Positions 9,200 to 19,094 of a stretch of 64,000 nucleotides of DNA are shown in pieces. Under the pieces are notes generated by a model. The model did no database searches. It worked only from the letters and a program-made list of their open reading frames with translations, and was not told the DNA's origin. Numbering within the stretch: position 1 is the first letter of the stretch; each line of letters starts with the position of its first letter. This DNA comes from a bacterium. GTDB lineage: Bacteria > SAR324 > NAC60-12. The position numbers and the translations under genes are program-made. The DNA is taken from contig CBDDTI010000745.1 of NCBI GenBank assembly GCA_965233585.1, forward strand, positions 192,001 through 256,000, given 5' to 3'.

Positions 9200-10825
9200 T
9201 CAGCGTGCCAGCCTCGTGTTTTCATTTCTGGCGCATCTAAAGCCAACATCAGGCCATGCCAAATTTAGTTTAGAACGCCCCCTAAAAAACCCTGCTGCTT
9301 CGTACGAGCTATAAGCCCATGATGAACCTTTGACTACTTTTTCATCAGTCTGTTGCGAAGAAGAGTCATAGTAAAAACGAAAGTCATCAGCCACAAACTC
9401 CCTGACGTTTCCTGAAAGATGCCTCACTCCTTCAGGCGTAGTGTCACGATTGACAGTTCTAGTGCCTTCAGATGACTGTTTTCCTGATTCAGTGGTGATA
9501 GTAAATGCAGGCGAAAATGCGACACCTGCCCATGTAAACTTCCTTCCCTCTGTGCCACGTGCGGCATATTCCCATTCTGATTCTGTTGGCAATCTTTTGT
9601 CCATAAACTGACAATATAGCGAGGCATCTTCCCAGCTCACCCCAACAACAGGTAAGGCTGCCTCATACGCTTCAAACTGTCCATTTTTCCAAAAAATAGG
9701 CTCACGATGCCTTTTTTCACGAACAAATTTTAAGTAATCAGCATTTGAAACTTCATAAAGATCCAACCAAAAAGACCTCACTCTCACATATTGCGTAGGT
9801 GCAGCATTATAACTAGGGTCATCACTCCCCTGTTGAAATGTCCCACCTTGAATCAAAGCCATACCGATATGCGATGGTTCTTCTTGCCTCTCTCCTTGTT
9901 GTTTAGAGGCAAAAGGGTCAAAAAGTTCCTGCTTCTTCGGTTGTTGGGGTTCAAACCTCAACAAATCTGCCCAAAGTAAAACACCCGTGAAAATGTTCAT
10001 CATTTTAAACGATGCGACATGTCCAGTATTTTTTGCAGTGATATTGCCATACAAAAACGCATCAACGCCATAAAGCTGACCCAATTTTCTGGCTTCTGAT
10101 TCATCAATAAAAGCCTCTTGATTGAGAGCTTGTTCTTGTGCGAGGAGTTTTAAATTTTCACGGTCAATCAAAACTAAAGAGCTTTTTTGATAGAGGATAG
10201 CGGTCAGATAATCCATGACACGCTGTGAATCAAAATCTTGGTTCGTGTCAATACTCCAAAAGCTAATGTTTCTGATTTTTTCGCCTTGAAACATCTGACT
10301 TTCTTTTTGTAATGACTCTGCCGTCTGATTACCTAGAGCCATCAATGTCAGATGTCTGATGCTATTAGGATTGAGTGTAAAAATATCTGCCCAGACAATC
10401 GCAGAATTTTGAACATCTATCGCCTTGAGAACGAGGGCATCATCGTAGAGTGTCCCATAAATAAACAACTGAACACCCAAAACTTTGCCAAGTTGCCGAT
10501 ATTCATTTGGAGTCACAACGTCAGAAAGCTGAATGCGTTGTTCATTGAGAATAAGCTGTAATTTTGTGCGATCTGTGACACGAAAGCGGCGAGTCCTCAC
10601 AATCTTGACTCCAATGTAGTCAATCAGCTCATTCACCTCTGATTCTTGGTTTTGATTTCGTTGTTTGATACGAGAAATTGCAACAGTTTGGTAATGCTCA
10701 CCAGAAAGTTGCCTAATAGACTCTGCAACACGCGATGCAAGCTGTTCAGTGTGCAATGCCCAAACTGACGGAGAAACCATGAAACAAAAGAAGAGAATAA
10801 AACTAAAAAATTTTAAAACAGACAT
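9200..10825 (-). CDS. exported protein with two CsgG/FlgO-like domains and a C-terminal FGE-sulfatase (SUMF1) domain
   Basis: signal peptide; twice DR..L..I..EQ......LG...GV...YG; EVSN..Y, V.V.W.DA..YC..KRLPTE.EWEYAARG, GNVRE, VGFRCAR. Confidence 0.75.
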   Translation of the reverse strand: MSVLKFFSFILFFCFMVSPSVWALHTEQLASRVAESIRQLSGEHYQTVAISRIKQRNQNQESEVNELIDYIGVKIVRTRRFRVTDRTKLQLILNEQRIQLSDVVTPNEYRQLGKVLGVQLFIYGTLYDDALVLKAIDVQNSAIVWADIFTLNPNSIRHLTLMALGNQTAESLQKESQMFQGEKIRNISFWSIDTNQDFDSQRVMDYLTAILYQKSSLVLIDRENLKLLAQEQALNQEAFIDESEARKLGQLYGVDAFLYGNITAKNTGHVASFKMMNIFTGVLLWADLLRFEPQQPKKQELFDPFASKQQGERQEEPSHIGMALIQGGTFQQGSDDPSYNAAPTQYVRVRSFWLDLYEVSNADYLKFVREKRHREPIFWKNGQFEAYEAALPVVGVSWEDASLYCQFMDKRLPTESEWEYAARGTEGRKFTWAGVAFSPAFTITTESGKQSSEGTRTVNRDTTPEGVRHLSGNVREFVADDFRFYYDSSSQQTDEKVVKGSSWAYSSYEAAGFFRGRSKLNLAWPDVGFRCARNENTRLAR

Positions 10826-11165
10826 TTTCTTAAGCTACAAATATTTTGGATAGTTGTTGTGTCAAATAATTATCGTAACAAAAATGGCGATACAAGCAAG
10901 AGAGAAGGCACTCTATAAAAGTTCTGCCAACACAAAAATCCCATTCTAGCACAATTCAATATTCTTAAAAAATATATTTTTTATAAAATCTAACATCAGT
11001 CAGATTTTACAAATTTTGTTGTCAAGTGAATTTAAGAAATGCAACAAAGATGACTTGATGAAAGGCTTGACTGGACAACTGGAGGAGTTTGCACACCAGT
11101 CTGAAGGAAGGAGAACAGTAGCCTGCTAAAAATAGCAAGTCACTGTTCTTTAGAAAATTAACAAA

Positions 11166-11564
11166 TCAGTTAATACTAATTTGTTTCGTTTGATGCTGTT
11201 TGGGAGCATAAATCTCCAAAACACCATCGTTGAGCGATGCAGAAATCTCATCATCTTTCAAGGATTGTGAAAGATAAATGTTTCTTTGAAAACCTCCTGC
11301 ATATCTTTCACGACAAACCCAGCTTGTTGCATTTTCTTCAGAAACTTCTCTTTTTGCTTCTATTGAAAGATGACCATTTTTGTAAGAAATAGAAATGGCG
11401 TCTTTTTTCACACCGGGCAAATCAATCAAAAGACCATATGCCTCTTCCGTTTCTTTCACATCAACTGCTGGCATGCGACTTTGCACACCAGAAGGTTCAC
11501 TCCACCCCACTTGGTCAAAGAGTTGAGAAAGTTCAAACGGTTTGTAGTACCTTAGATTTTTCAT
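11166..11564 (-). CDS. Hsp20/alpha-crystallin small heat-shock protein
   Basis: PAVDVKE, DLPGV.K..I, RERY.G.FQR, A.L.DGVL.I..PK; ATG 11564 follows GGAGG. Confidence 0.92.
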   Translation of the reverse strand: MKNLRYYKPFELSQLFDQVGWSEPSGVQSRMPAVDVKETEEAYGLLIDLPGVKKDAISISYKNGHLSIEAKREVSEENATSWVCRERYAGGFQRNIYLSQSLKDDEISASLNDGVLEIYAPKQHQTKQISIN

Positions 11565-11654
11565 AGTAACCTCCAAAGTTTAATGTTAAATCATCATCAA
11601 ATGAACCTGCACAAAACAGCCCCATGCCGTGATGCTCAAGCTCAACGTTAATTG

Positions 11655-11681
11655 TTAGCACTCATTTTATTTGAGTGCTAA
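11655..11681. promoter_or_regulatory. CIRCE element (HrcA operator)
   Basis: perfect TTAGCACTC-N9-GAGTGCTAA upstream of hsp20, overlapping a minus-strand TTGACA(11692-11687)-17 bp-TAAAAT(11669-11664) promoter. Confidence 0.95.
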
Positions 11682-11880
11682 CAATTTGTCAAGATTTTTT
11701 TTCGTTTTTTTGATTTTTGATGTCTTTCACAGCAAAATCTTAACAAATATCATATCTCTACTTGCACTCCTGTCCATAAAACATGTATGATTTCCTGACT
11801 CCGAAGGATTTTTTGGAGTTCATTCCAAAATACGATTTATATTTTGAGTGATTTTTAATTAACATTTCTAGGTTTCAATC

Positions 11881-13617
11881 ATGAAAGAATTATTAGAGAA
11901 ATACCAGTCTTACCCTGCTGTTGACTTACCAGATCGCCAATGGCCTTCTCGTCAACTGAAATCAAGCCCTATTTGGTGCAGTGTTGATCTGCGTGATGGC
12001 AATCAAGCTCTGATTAACCCTATGACTCTTGAACAAAAGCTGGAAATGTTTCAACTACTGCTAGACATTGGCTTTCGTGAAATAGAAGTCGGCTTTCCTG
12101 CTGCAGCTCAAGTGGAATATGATTTTTTGAGAAAACTGGTTGATGATCATTTAATTCCTGATGATGTCGTCATTCAAGTCTTAGTACAGTGTCGTGAACC
12201 TTTGATTCAGAGGACATTTGAAGCATTGGAAGGTGTGAAACAAAGCATTGTTCATATCTATAACTCTACTTCCACAGTGCAAAGACGTGTTGTTTTTGGA
12301 AAAGACCGTTCGGAAATCACTGACATTGCAGTAGAAGGAGCAAAACTTGTGCATGAATTATCCAAGCCTTTGAAAGACAAAGGGTCAAAGGTCATGTTTC
12401 AATACTCTCCTGAAAGCTTTACTGGCACAGAGTTAGACTTCTCTCTTTCTATCTGTGAAGCAGTAATTGATGTTTGGCAACCCACACCCGACAACAAGAT
12501 TATCTTGAACTTACCTGCCACTGTTGAAATGTCTGCTCCCAACGTGTATGCAGACCAGATTGAATGGTTTTGCCGAAATATCAAAAAACGGGATTCTGTG
12601 ATTGTCAGTGTACACACGCATAATGACAGAGGTTGTGGAATTGCAGCATCAGAATTGGGATTGTTAGCAGGAGCAGACCGTGTGGAAGGCACCCTTTTTG
12701 GTAATGGTGAGCGAACAGGTAATGCTGACCTTTTTGTTTTGGCAATGAACCTCTTTGCACACGGTATAGATCCCAAGCTGGACTTCAGAAATATAGACCA
12801 CATCATCAAAACTTATGAATCTTGTTGTCAACTTCCCGTGCATCAAAGACACCCTTACGCTGGGGCGTTGGTTTACACTGCATTTTCAGGGTCACACCAA
12901 GATGCAATCAATAAAGGTATGAAAGCCTACCAAAATCAACAATCAAGCAAAATTTGGGAAGTCCCTTATTTGCCGATTGATCCTCAAGATTTAGGACGCA
13001 CTTATGAGGCAATCATTAGAATCAATAGCCAATCAGGTAAAGGCGGAGTTGCCTATATCATGGCTCAAGAGTTTGGATATGAACTGCCAAAAACATTGCA
13101 CCCTGAATTTGCAAAAGTCATTCAAACTTACTCTGATAAGGTAGAACGCGAAATCACACCTCAAGAAATCTTTGAACAATTTCAGAAAACTTACTTACAA
13201 ATTCAAACTCCTTTTGAGTTTGATGGCTATTCAATCAAGAGCTTACCCCACACCAACCGTGAAGAGTCTGCAGTCCAGATTGATGCTAAATTGTTTTTCA
13301 ATCAACAACCATTAAAGATTCAAGGTTGGGGTAATGGTCCATTGGACGCTTTATGTACAGGGCTGCGAGAAATTGATAAGATCAGCTTTAGGCTGACAGA
13401 ATATCACGAACATGCCCTTGGCAAGGGGTCCAATGCCAAGGCTATTGCCTATGTGCAGATTCGCACAAATCACGGTCAGCATTATTTTGGGGTAGGTCAG
13501 GATACCAACACCACAGTTGCACCATTCAAGGCACTTTTGAATGCCTTCAATCGTGCCTATGCTGCCGGTGACTTTGACGTCAGTTCATTGATAGAGTCAG
13601 AAGCCCTAGCCGATTAA
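11881..13617 (+). CDS. leuA: 2-isopropylmalate synthase (yeast/actinobacterial-type LeuA)
   Basis: WCSVDLRDGNQAL, YSPESF, NLPATVE, HTHNDRG, GNGERTGN, IRINSQSGKGG. Confidence 0.96.
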   Translation: MKELLEKYQSYPAVDLPDRQWPSRQLKSSPIWCSVDLRDGNQALINPMTLEQKLEMFQLLLDIGFREIEVGFPAAAQVEYDFLRKLVDDHLIPDDVVIQVLVQCREPLIQRTFEALEGVKQSIVHIYNSTSTVQRRVVFGKDRSEITDIAVEGAKLVHELSKPLKDKGSKVMFQYSPESFTGTELDFSLSICEAVIDVWQPTPDNKIILNLPATVEMSAPNVYADQIEWFCRNIKKRDSVIVSVHTHNDRGCGIAASELGLLAGADRVEGTLFGNGERTGNADLFVLAMNLFAHGIDPKLDFRNIDHIIKTYESCCQLPVHQRHPYAGALVYTAFSGSHQDAINKGMKAYQNQQSSKIWEVPYLPIDPQDLGRTYEAIIRINSQSGKGGVAYIMAQEFGYELPKTLHPEFAKVIQTYSDKVEREITPQEIFEQFQKTYLQIQTPFEFDGYSIKSLPHTNREESAVQIDAKLFFNQQPLKIQGWGNGPLDALCTGLREIDKISFRLTEYHEHALGKGSNAKAIAYVQIRTNHGQHYFGVGQDTNTTVAPFKALLNAFNRAYAAGDFDVSSLIESEALAD

Positions 13618-13664
13618 GGTCATAGTCAGCTTTTATCAAAGTTGACTATGCTCAAACTTTATTC

Positions 13665-14507
13665 CTATTTGATTCCTTCTTTAAATCGCGGATCAAGGAG
13701 ATCACGGAATCCATCGCCCATGAGGTTCAAACTCAAAACAGCTAGTACAATAGCCAACCCCGGATAGATCGCTAATTGTGGTGCAAAACTCATCATCGTT
13801 TGCGATTCATTGAGCATTCTACCCCAACTGGCTTCAGGTGGCTGAATCCCAAGACCGATGTAGCTCAAAGCTGCTTCTGCAAGAATCCCGAAAGAAAACT
13901 GCAATGTGGCTTGAATCATAATGGGCGATGCGACATTTGGCAAGATATGTCTGAAAAAAGTTGTGGTTGGTGAGTTTCCAACTGCAAAAGAATACGTGAC
14001 AAAGTCTTGTTGTAAAATTGTTAAAACTGCCCCACGTGTGACGCGTGCAAAAACAGGCATTGCAAAAACCCCAATAGCCACTGCCGCATTCCAAGCAGAA
14101 TGTCCAAAAACTGCTGTCAACATGACTGCTGTCATCAATGATGGGAAGGCAAACACAAAGTCATTGGTTCTCATAATCAATTCACTCCAATTTGATTTTG
14201 CCATTCCCGCAACAGTCCCAAGAGGTACACCCACCAAGACCCCTAAACATGTTGCTAGCGATGCCACCCAGAGACTATTTAAACCCCCTCTCATCAACAT
14301 AGAAAGAATGTCACGTCCTAAATGGTCTGTTCCCAACCAATACTGCCAAGACATCGGTTGCATACGTTGTGAAATATTGAGCCTGAACACATCATGGGGA
14401 GTCCAAAAAATAGAAATGACAGCGACCCCAATTATCATCAACGCTATGATGCTACCAACATAAAAACTAGCAGGAAGGTTTTTAAAACGAAGCAAGTTAG
14501 GGGTCAT
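13665..14507 (-). CDS. peptide/nickel ABC transporter permease (DppC-like), partner genes not adjacent
   Basis: LGTDHLGRDI, RHILPN, EAALSYIGLG..PP..SWGRML, NLMGDGFRDLLDPR. Confidence 0.9.
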   Translation of the reverse strand: MTPNLLRFKNLPASFYVGSIIALMIIGVAVISIFWTPHDVFRLNISQRMQPMSWQYWLGTDHLGRDILSMLMRGGLNSLWVASLATCLGVLVGVPLGTVAGMAKSNWSELIMRTNDFVFAFPSLMTAVMLTAVFGHSAWNAAVAIGVFAMPVFARVTRGAVLTILQQDFVTYSFAVGNSPTTTFFRHILPNVASPIMIQATLQFSFGILAEAALSYIGLGIQPPEASWGRMLNESQTMMSFAPQLAIYPGLAIVLAVLSLNLMGDGFRDLLDPRFKEGIK

Positions 14508-14524
14508 AAATCAATTGCATCTTG

Positions 14525-15448
14525 CTAGAGAGTCACAAATGCCTCATCAAAAATCTGATTAAGTTTTGAGTCAAGGCTTATGCTTTTTTCTAATTTAGAA
14601 TGTGGAATCTTAAGATTTTCTAGGACATTTTTAAATTTTTTGTAACCCATATTGTTTCTCAATTCAACCCATTCTATATGCAGTTGCTCCAATTGAGCTT
14701 TATTTTGGTCTGAAAGTTTATCTGCAATAAAGACTTGACTATCTCTTGCAATCACAGTGTCAGCACCTTCGGGATTCCCTTTGCCCATCAACTTGACCTC
14801 ACACTTGTATTCTTTACCATGACTTTTTAAAAAGAAGTCAACTTCTCTGCTCACCTCTCCTTTTTTAACTCGTCTTGAGGTTTGTTTCATTGCATAGTGA
14901 TCTTGTGAAACTTGATAAAGTTTACACAGAGTCAGCATTAACAAACCCTCTGCCTGCTTGCCAGCAGTACTCCAAAGCCCACCACGCAACGCTGCCCTTT
15001 TGACAGCTAGCGTGTTGATAACAATCAAGCTTTCATTGATGTTTAATTCAACACTCACCTTATTAAATTTAATTTGAAGAGAAAGATTCATATCCTCAAC
15101 TTTTGTCAAATCATCAATCACTTTGTATAGCGTGTCATAATGCTCGTGTGATGCTTCAATAATCACTTCTCTCGTACCAGAGTTGTACATATTCACGACT
15201 GTTTTTTTATTCAACCCAGAATTAATCGCAATTTCTTCAGAGGTAAGTCCATCACTTAGCATCTCTTTTTTGTACCAATCAATGTCAATATCCCTATTAC
15301 TCAACTTTGCTTCTGCAACCTGTTTAAAAAATTTAATCACAAATTGAAGAAACTCAGCATTGATTAAAGTCACAATCTCTATTCTATAATCATCACCCGC
15401 AATTAATTTACGGACTATATTTTTTGTGACCTGCTCTGTTAAAGTCAT
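14525..15448 (-). CDS. type II restriction endonuclease, CfrBI-like family
   Basis: DYRIEI..LINAEFL, LAVKRAALRGGLWSTAGK, EVDF..CEVKLMGKGNPE PD-(D/E)XK core; coupled to the methyltransferase by an ATGA overlap. Confidence 0.75.
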   Translation of the reverse strand: MTLTEQVTKNIVRKLIAGDDYRIEIVTLINAEFLQFVIKFFKQVAEAKLSNRDIDIDWYKKEMLSDGLTSEEIAINSGLNKKTVVNMYNSGTREVIIEASHEHYDTLYKVIDDLTKVEDMNLSLQIKFNKVSVELNINESLIVINTLAVKRAALRGGLWSTAGKQAEGLLMLTLCKLYQVSQDHYAMKQTSRRVKKGEVSREVDFFLKSHGKEYKCEVKLMGKGNPEGADTVIARDSQVFIADKLSDQNKAQLEQLHIEWVELRNNMGYKKFKNVLENLKIPHSKLEKSISLDSKLNQIFDEAFVTL

Positions 15449-16824
15449 TCTATTTTCTCTCTAAATTCACTTAAAGTAAAAAACTTAGCTCCTCTTTCCT
15501 CAAGAATAGGTAAGTGATTTTGATTAAAAAATGATTTCATATATTCAAAATACTTAGGCTCTTTTTCTGTTAAGAAAAAAAATCTATCCAATAGTTGTGC
15601 AGTTTTACCCAAAGTTCCACTACCACCAAATGGATCAAAAACTAAATCCCCCTTAAATGAGTAATAATTAACAATATTTTTGCATAAATCTGTCGGAAAA
15701 ACAGCCGAATGCACTTTATCAAATTTGGGATCTATCTCCCAAACATTAGAGGTTTCGTATGTTCCTTGAACTTGACTTTCTTCTACGATTTGGGATTCAT
15801 ATTGCCTAATATTCCAGTCAATCAGTTTGTCTGTTTTTTTACGATACACCATTAAATATTCAGTTCTAGCATTGGGTTTATACGCTAATGGTTTGCGGTG
15901 TTGTAGAAAACCAGCATTGCGATTTTTGACGCTTGCCTCTGGCTTGACCCAAACGATGTCATCAATAAACTCCCATCCTATTTCAGCTAATAAGTAATGT
16001 AGATCAAAAGGGATTGGGTAACGTTTTGACGCATACTGGCGACTAATTCTGGGAACAATGACTGGTGATGTATTGACAACCAAAAAACGTCCTTCTTTTG
16101 TTTTTTCAAAAGTCAGTTGAAAAACTTCTTTCAGAAAATCAAGATATGCGCGATAACTTTTATAAATTGAGTAATCACGGGCATTGTAATATGGAGGAGA
16201 AGTAAAGGTCAGGTGAAAGCTTTCATCTGGAATCAATTTTAAGACGTCCCTAACATCGCCTGATACAATAGTATTTTTCAGAAATTCATAAGATTCTGAA
16301 TGCTTTAATTTGTCTTTAGAGACACATTTTTCACTGAAGTACTCTTTTCTAACGATTGTTTGTATAGCTTCATTTTCATGAGATATAAACGCCTTTAATT
16401 TATCATCAATTTTTGGTTCTCCTTTAAATACAAGCAAACCTCTAATGGCTTGGCTTATGACTTTAGGGTCATTGTCCTCTAGCATTTCCACCAAAGCAGA
16501 AACAGCTTGCTTGCTTCTCATTCTTCCAAGAGATGAAACAGCTTCTCTTCTTATTTCTGTGAACTGATCATTTTTTGCAATTTTAAATAAAATTGGAATA
16601 TATTTTTGATTTTTGATTTTTCCAATAGTTTTAACGGCATTTAAGCGAATTTTTTTGTTATCACTTTCTAAAAAATCTTGTAACCAACTATCATCAAAGT
16701 CTTTAGGTAAATGTCCAAGATTTTCAAGTATAAAAATGAGACTTTGATCATCTTTTTTTGACTCAACAAATCTTTTTAAATCTCCAGTGTTTTTTAATTC
16801 TGAAACAGACTTTTTTGTCAGCAT
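15445..16824 (-). CDS. beta-class N4-cytosine DNA methyltransferase with N-terminal HEAT repeats
   Basis: FTSPPY catalytic motif, DPFGGSGT SAM motif, H.AVFP; N-terminal IR..AV..LG HEAT-like repeats. Confidence 0.88.
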   Translation of the reverse strand: MLTKKSVSELKNTGDLKRFVESKKDDQSLIFILENLGHLPKDFDDSWLQDFLESDNKKIRLNAVKTIGKIKNQKYIPILFKIAKNDQFTEIRREAVSSLGRMRSKQAVSALVEMLEDNDPKVISQAIRGLLVFKGEPKIDDKLKAFISHENEAIQTIVRKEYFSEKCVSKDKLKHSESYEFLKNTIVSGDVRDVLKLIPDESFHLTFTSPPYYNARDYSIYKSYRAYLDFLKEVFQLTFEKTKEGRFLVVNTSPVIVPRISRQYASKRYPIPFDLHYLLAEIGWEFIDDIVWVKPEASVKNRNAGFLQHRKPLAYKPNARTEYLMVYRKKTDKLIDWNIRQYESQIVEESQVQGTYETSNVWEIDPKFDKVHSAVFPTDLCKNIVNYYSFKGDLVFDPFGGSGTLGKTAQLLDRFFFLTEKEPKYFEYMKSFFNQNHLPILEERGAKFFTLSEFREKIE

Positions 16825-16861
16825 TTTAGAATGATTGAAGGCGTTTTCTGAGAACTTTTTT
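16638..16861. repeat. 224-bp direct repeat, copy 1 (5' end and upstream region of the HEAT-methyltransferase)
   Basis: matches 18715-18938 with 6 substitutions counted by eye. Confidence 0.95.
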
Positions 16862-16880
16862 TTAAAACTACATTACGATT

Positions 16881-17708
16881 TTACTCACTGACCAAGTTAT
16901 TATTATCTACTAGCCCCAATACCATTAGCGATGTTTCAGCCACATCAACCATGATTGGTATCATTTCTTCTACAGTCCACGGTATTGCCTTGGTGAATAT
17001 TGAGGCAGCCTGTAACATAACTTTTTCACCGTTAGATGTGGTTATAAAAATATTTTTACAGGCATTTTGATTGATTGGCATACTAAAATTAGAAGCAGTT
17101 AAGCGATCTATTCTATTTAATGCCCCAACGTCATGGTGCAATTCAATCTTTCTACCATCTGGACGTTCAACTATCAATGATTCTGTTAAAAAGTTTGAAC
17201 CTTGCAAGAATAAAACATAAGGAAAATGCTTTTCACCTACCATAACATTACGTATTTCATTTATATTTTTGTGTGATCGTTCTATAGCGTTTCCAGCAAC
17301 CATCAGATCTTGATCTTTATTTTTTCCAACTAACACACCATTCCTTATGTTCTCTATATCTTTTCCTTGGTGTTTCGCTTCTGAAACCAACACCACTCGC
17401 CAGTCGCCATTGAAATCTAATACTTCTATTATTCCCCCATCTGGCTTGATAGATGAGTTGCTAACAAAAAGGGTTATTCCTAGTCTTTTATCTATGGCAT
17501 TCAATCTCTGATTTATTTCTGATTTGCTTATTTTTTCCCTGTAACGGAACTTTAAATTCTCAAAAGAGTTTTTTAGGATTTCAAAAACAATCCTAGAAAC
17601 TTCTTTTACTGATCCATCATGATCCTGAGCTGCTTCACCAAAAATGCCACCAACTCCTTTGTTTTTTATGTGCTGAATTGTTAGTCTTTCGGTTTGATTC
17701 TTTTTCAT
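16881..17708 (-). CDS. EcoRI/RsrI-family type II restriction endonuclease
   Basis: RLT.QH...G..GIFG..A..HD, SIKPDGG, EAKHQG, LM.AGNAIERSHKNI.E, HFPYVLFL.GSNF, RIDRLTA.N all follow EcoRI. Confidence 0.92.
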   Translation of the reverse strand: MKKNQTERLTIQHIKNKGVGGIFGEAAQDHDGSVKEVSRIVFEILKNSFENLKFRYREKISKSEINQRLNAIDKRLGITLFVSNSSIKPDGGIIEVLDFNGDWRVVLVSEAKHQGKDIENIRNGVLVGKNKDQDLMVAGNAIERSHKNINEIRNVMVGEKHFPYVLFLQGSNFLTESLIVERPDGRKIELHHDVGALNRIDRLTASNFSMPINQNACKNIFITTSNGEKVMLQAASIFTKAIPWTVEEMIPIMVDVAETSLMVLGLVDNNNLVSE

Positions 17709-18679
17709 TTTTTATGCTGTTGCTTCTTTTTTTTACAATCCATTTTTGGAAATTGGTTTAATGCTCTTGATATATCTATACTTTGAACTATTTCGTAGGG
17801 CTTAACAAACATACTATCCTCAATTTTTTCTATATGAGACTGAAGGTAATCGTTTAGAGAAGGATCATTATCTACTAAAATTGAATTCCTACCTACTTCA
17901 ATACAAACTCTTCCAGTTGTTCCTGAACCAGCAAAAAAATCAAGAACCAATGAACCAGGGTACGAAAGACTTAGAACAAATCTACGTATAATTTCTATCG
18001 GTTTTTGTGTAGGGTGTCCTACTCGCTCCTTTGAATTGCCATTAAGCCTGCCAATTTCCCAAACATTGGTTGGGTTCTTCCCCTTATCTATGGTTTTAGA
18101 ATTTAATCTTTTGTCTTTTTTATACATTTTTTTTGTTTTTTCATCATATGGCTCTCTTACTGAGTCAAGATCAAAATAGTACTTATTTGTTTTTGAAAGC
18201 CAAACAGCTTCTTCATGTCTATTTGCAAAAAACCTGTGTGCGCTCATTCCATTTCGGTAATACCATATGACCAGATTGACGAAACGTAACTTAGTTGAGT
18301 GTCTTGTATAATGTAGTATTTCCAAAAGGTCTCCTTTTTTGAGGTCTTGGTATTGGAAACCCCCAAAAATAACACAATTTCCAGAAGGTGCTAAAACTCT
18401 ATAAATTTCATCAAGCCAAAGTTTCGCCCATTCTAAATAATTGTTAAAAGTATCCCAATAATCTAAATTTAAATTATAAGGGGGATCAACCAATATCAAT
18501 TGAATCGTATTATTAGGAATACTTTTTAATGCCTCAACGGCATCTTGAATTAAAACTGTGTGGATGGTCTTTTCAGTATCATAGATAGGCAAATCCATAT
18601 TAGAGCTATGACTTACACCATTTTTCCTTTGACTATTGATTGCAATATGTCCTTTATTAAAATGTGATTTGTTTGGCAT
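17705..18679 (-). CDS. beta-class N6-adenine methyltransferase (M.RsrI-like), cognate of the EcoRI-like nuclease
   Basis: DPPYN, NGMSAHRFFANRHEE, NPTNVW..RLNGNSKERVGHPTQKP, LDFFAGSG. Confidence 0.9.
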   Translation of the reverse strand: MPNKSHFNKGHIAINSQRKNGVSHSSNMDLPIYDTEKTIHTVLIQDAVEALKSIPNNTIQLILVDPPYNLNLDYWDTFNNYLEWAKLWLDEIYRVLAPSGNCVIFGGFQYQDLKKGDLLEILHYTRHSTKLRFVNLVIWYYRNGMSAHRFFANRHEEAVWLSKTNKYYFDLDSVREPYDEKTKKMYKKDKRLNSKTIDKGKNPTNVWEIGRLNGNSKERVGHPTQKPIEIIRRFVLSLSYPGSLVLDFFAGSGTTGRVCIEVGRNSILVDNDPSLNDYLQSHIEKIEDSMFVKPYEIVQSIDISRALNQFPKMDCKKKKQQHKK

Positions 18680-18691
18680 GATTTTGTTTTC

Positions 18692-18901
18692 TTATTCTTG
18701 AACAGTTTTCACTACATTTAAGCGAATTTTTTTGTTATCACTTTCTAAAAAATCTTGTAACCAACTATCATCAAAATCTTTAGGTAAATATCCAAGATTT
18801 TCAAGAATAAAAATGACACTTTGGTCATCTTTTTTTGATTCAACAAATCTTTTTAAATCTCCAGTGTTTTTTAATTCTGAAACAGACTTTTTTGTCAGCA
18901 T
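18692..18901 (-). pseudogene. truncated duplicate of the HEAT-methyltransferase N-terminus
   Basis: first ~65 aa nearly identical to 15445..16824, then a stop. Confidence 0.88.
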
Positions 18902-18938
18902 TTTAGAATGATTGAAGGCGTTTTCTGAGAACTTTTTT
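18715..18938. repeat. 224-bp direct repeat, copy 2
   Basis: matches 16638-16861; offset 2077 bp. Confidence 0.95.
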
Positions 18939-19094
18939 GGGAGTCAATTAATCCTCTTTGCAGTGAGACTTTTCAAACTCACACAAAGCGGTTGATAACC
19001 AACGGTTTTGCAAATGGTTTTTGCAAGAAGGAAGGTAAAACTTTTTGGCAGCTTGAAGCAAATCAAGATGCGTCAACAACAAGCGTCAGCAAAG

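Noticed and set aside
9200..9400. C-terminus of the FGE-type domain as a DGR variable region
   Set aside because: No second copy of this segment was seen in the window
11700..11880. Leucine attenuator or T-box upstream of leuA
   Set aside because: No Leu-rich leader peptide or T-box motif was found
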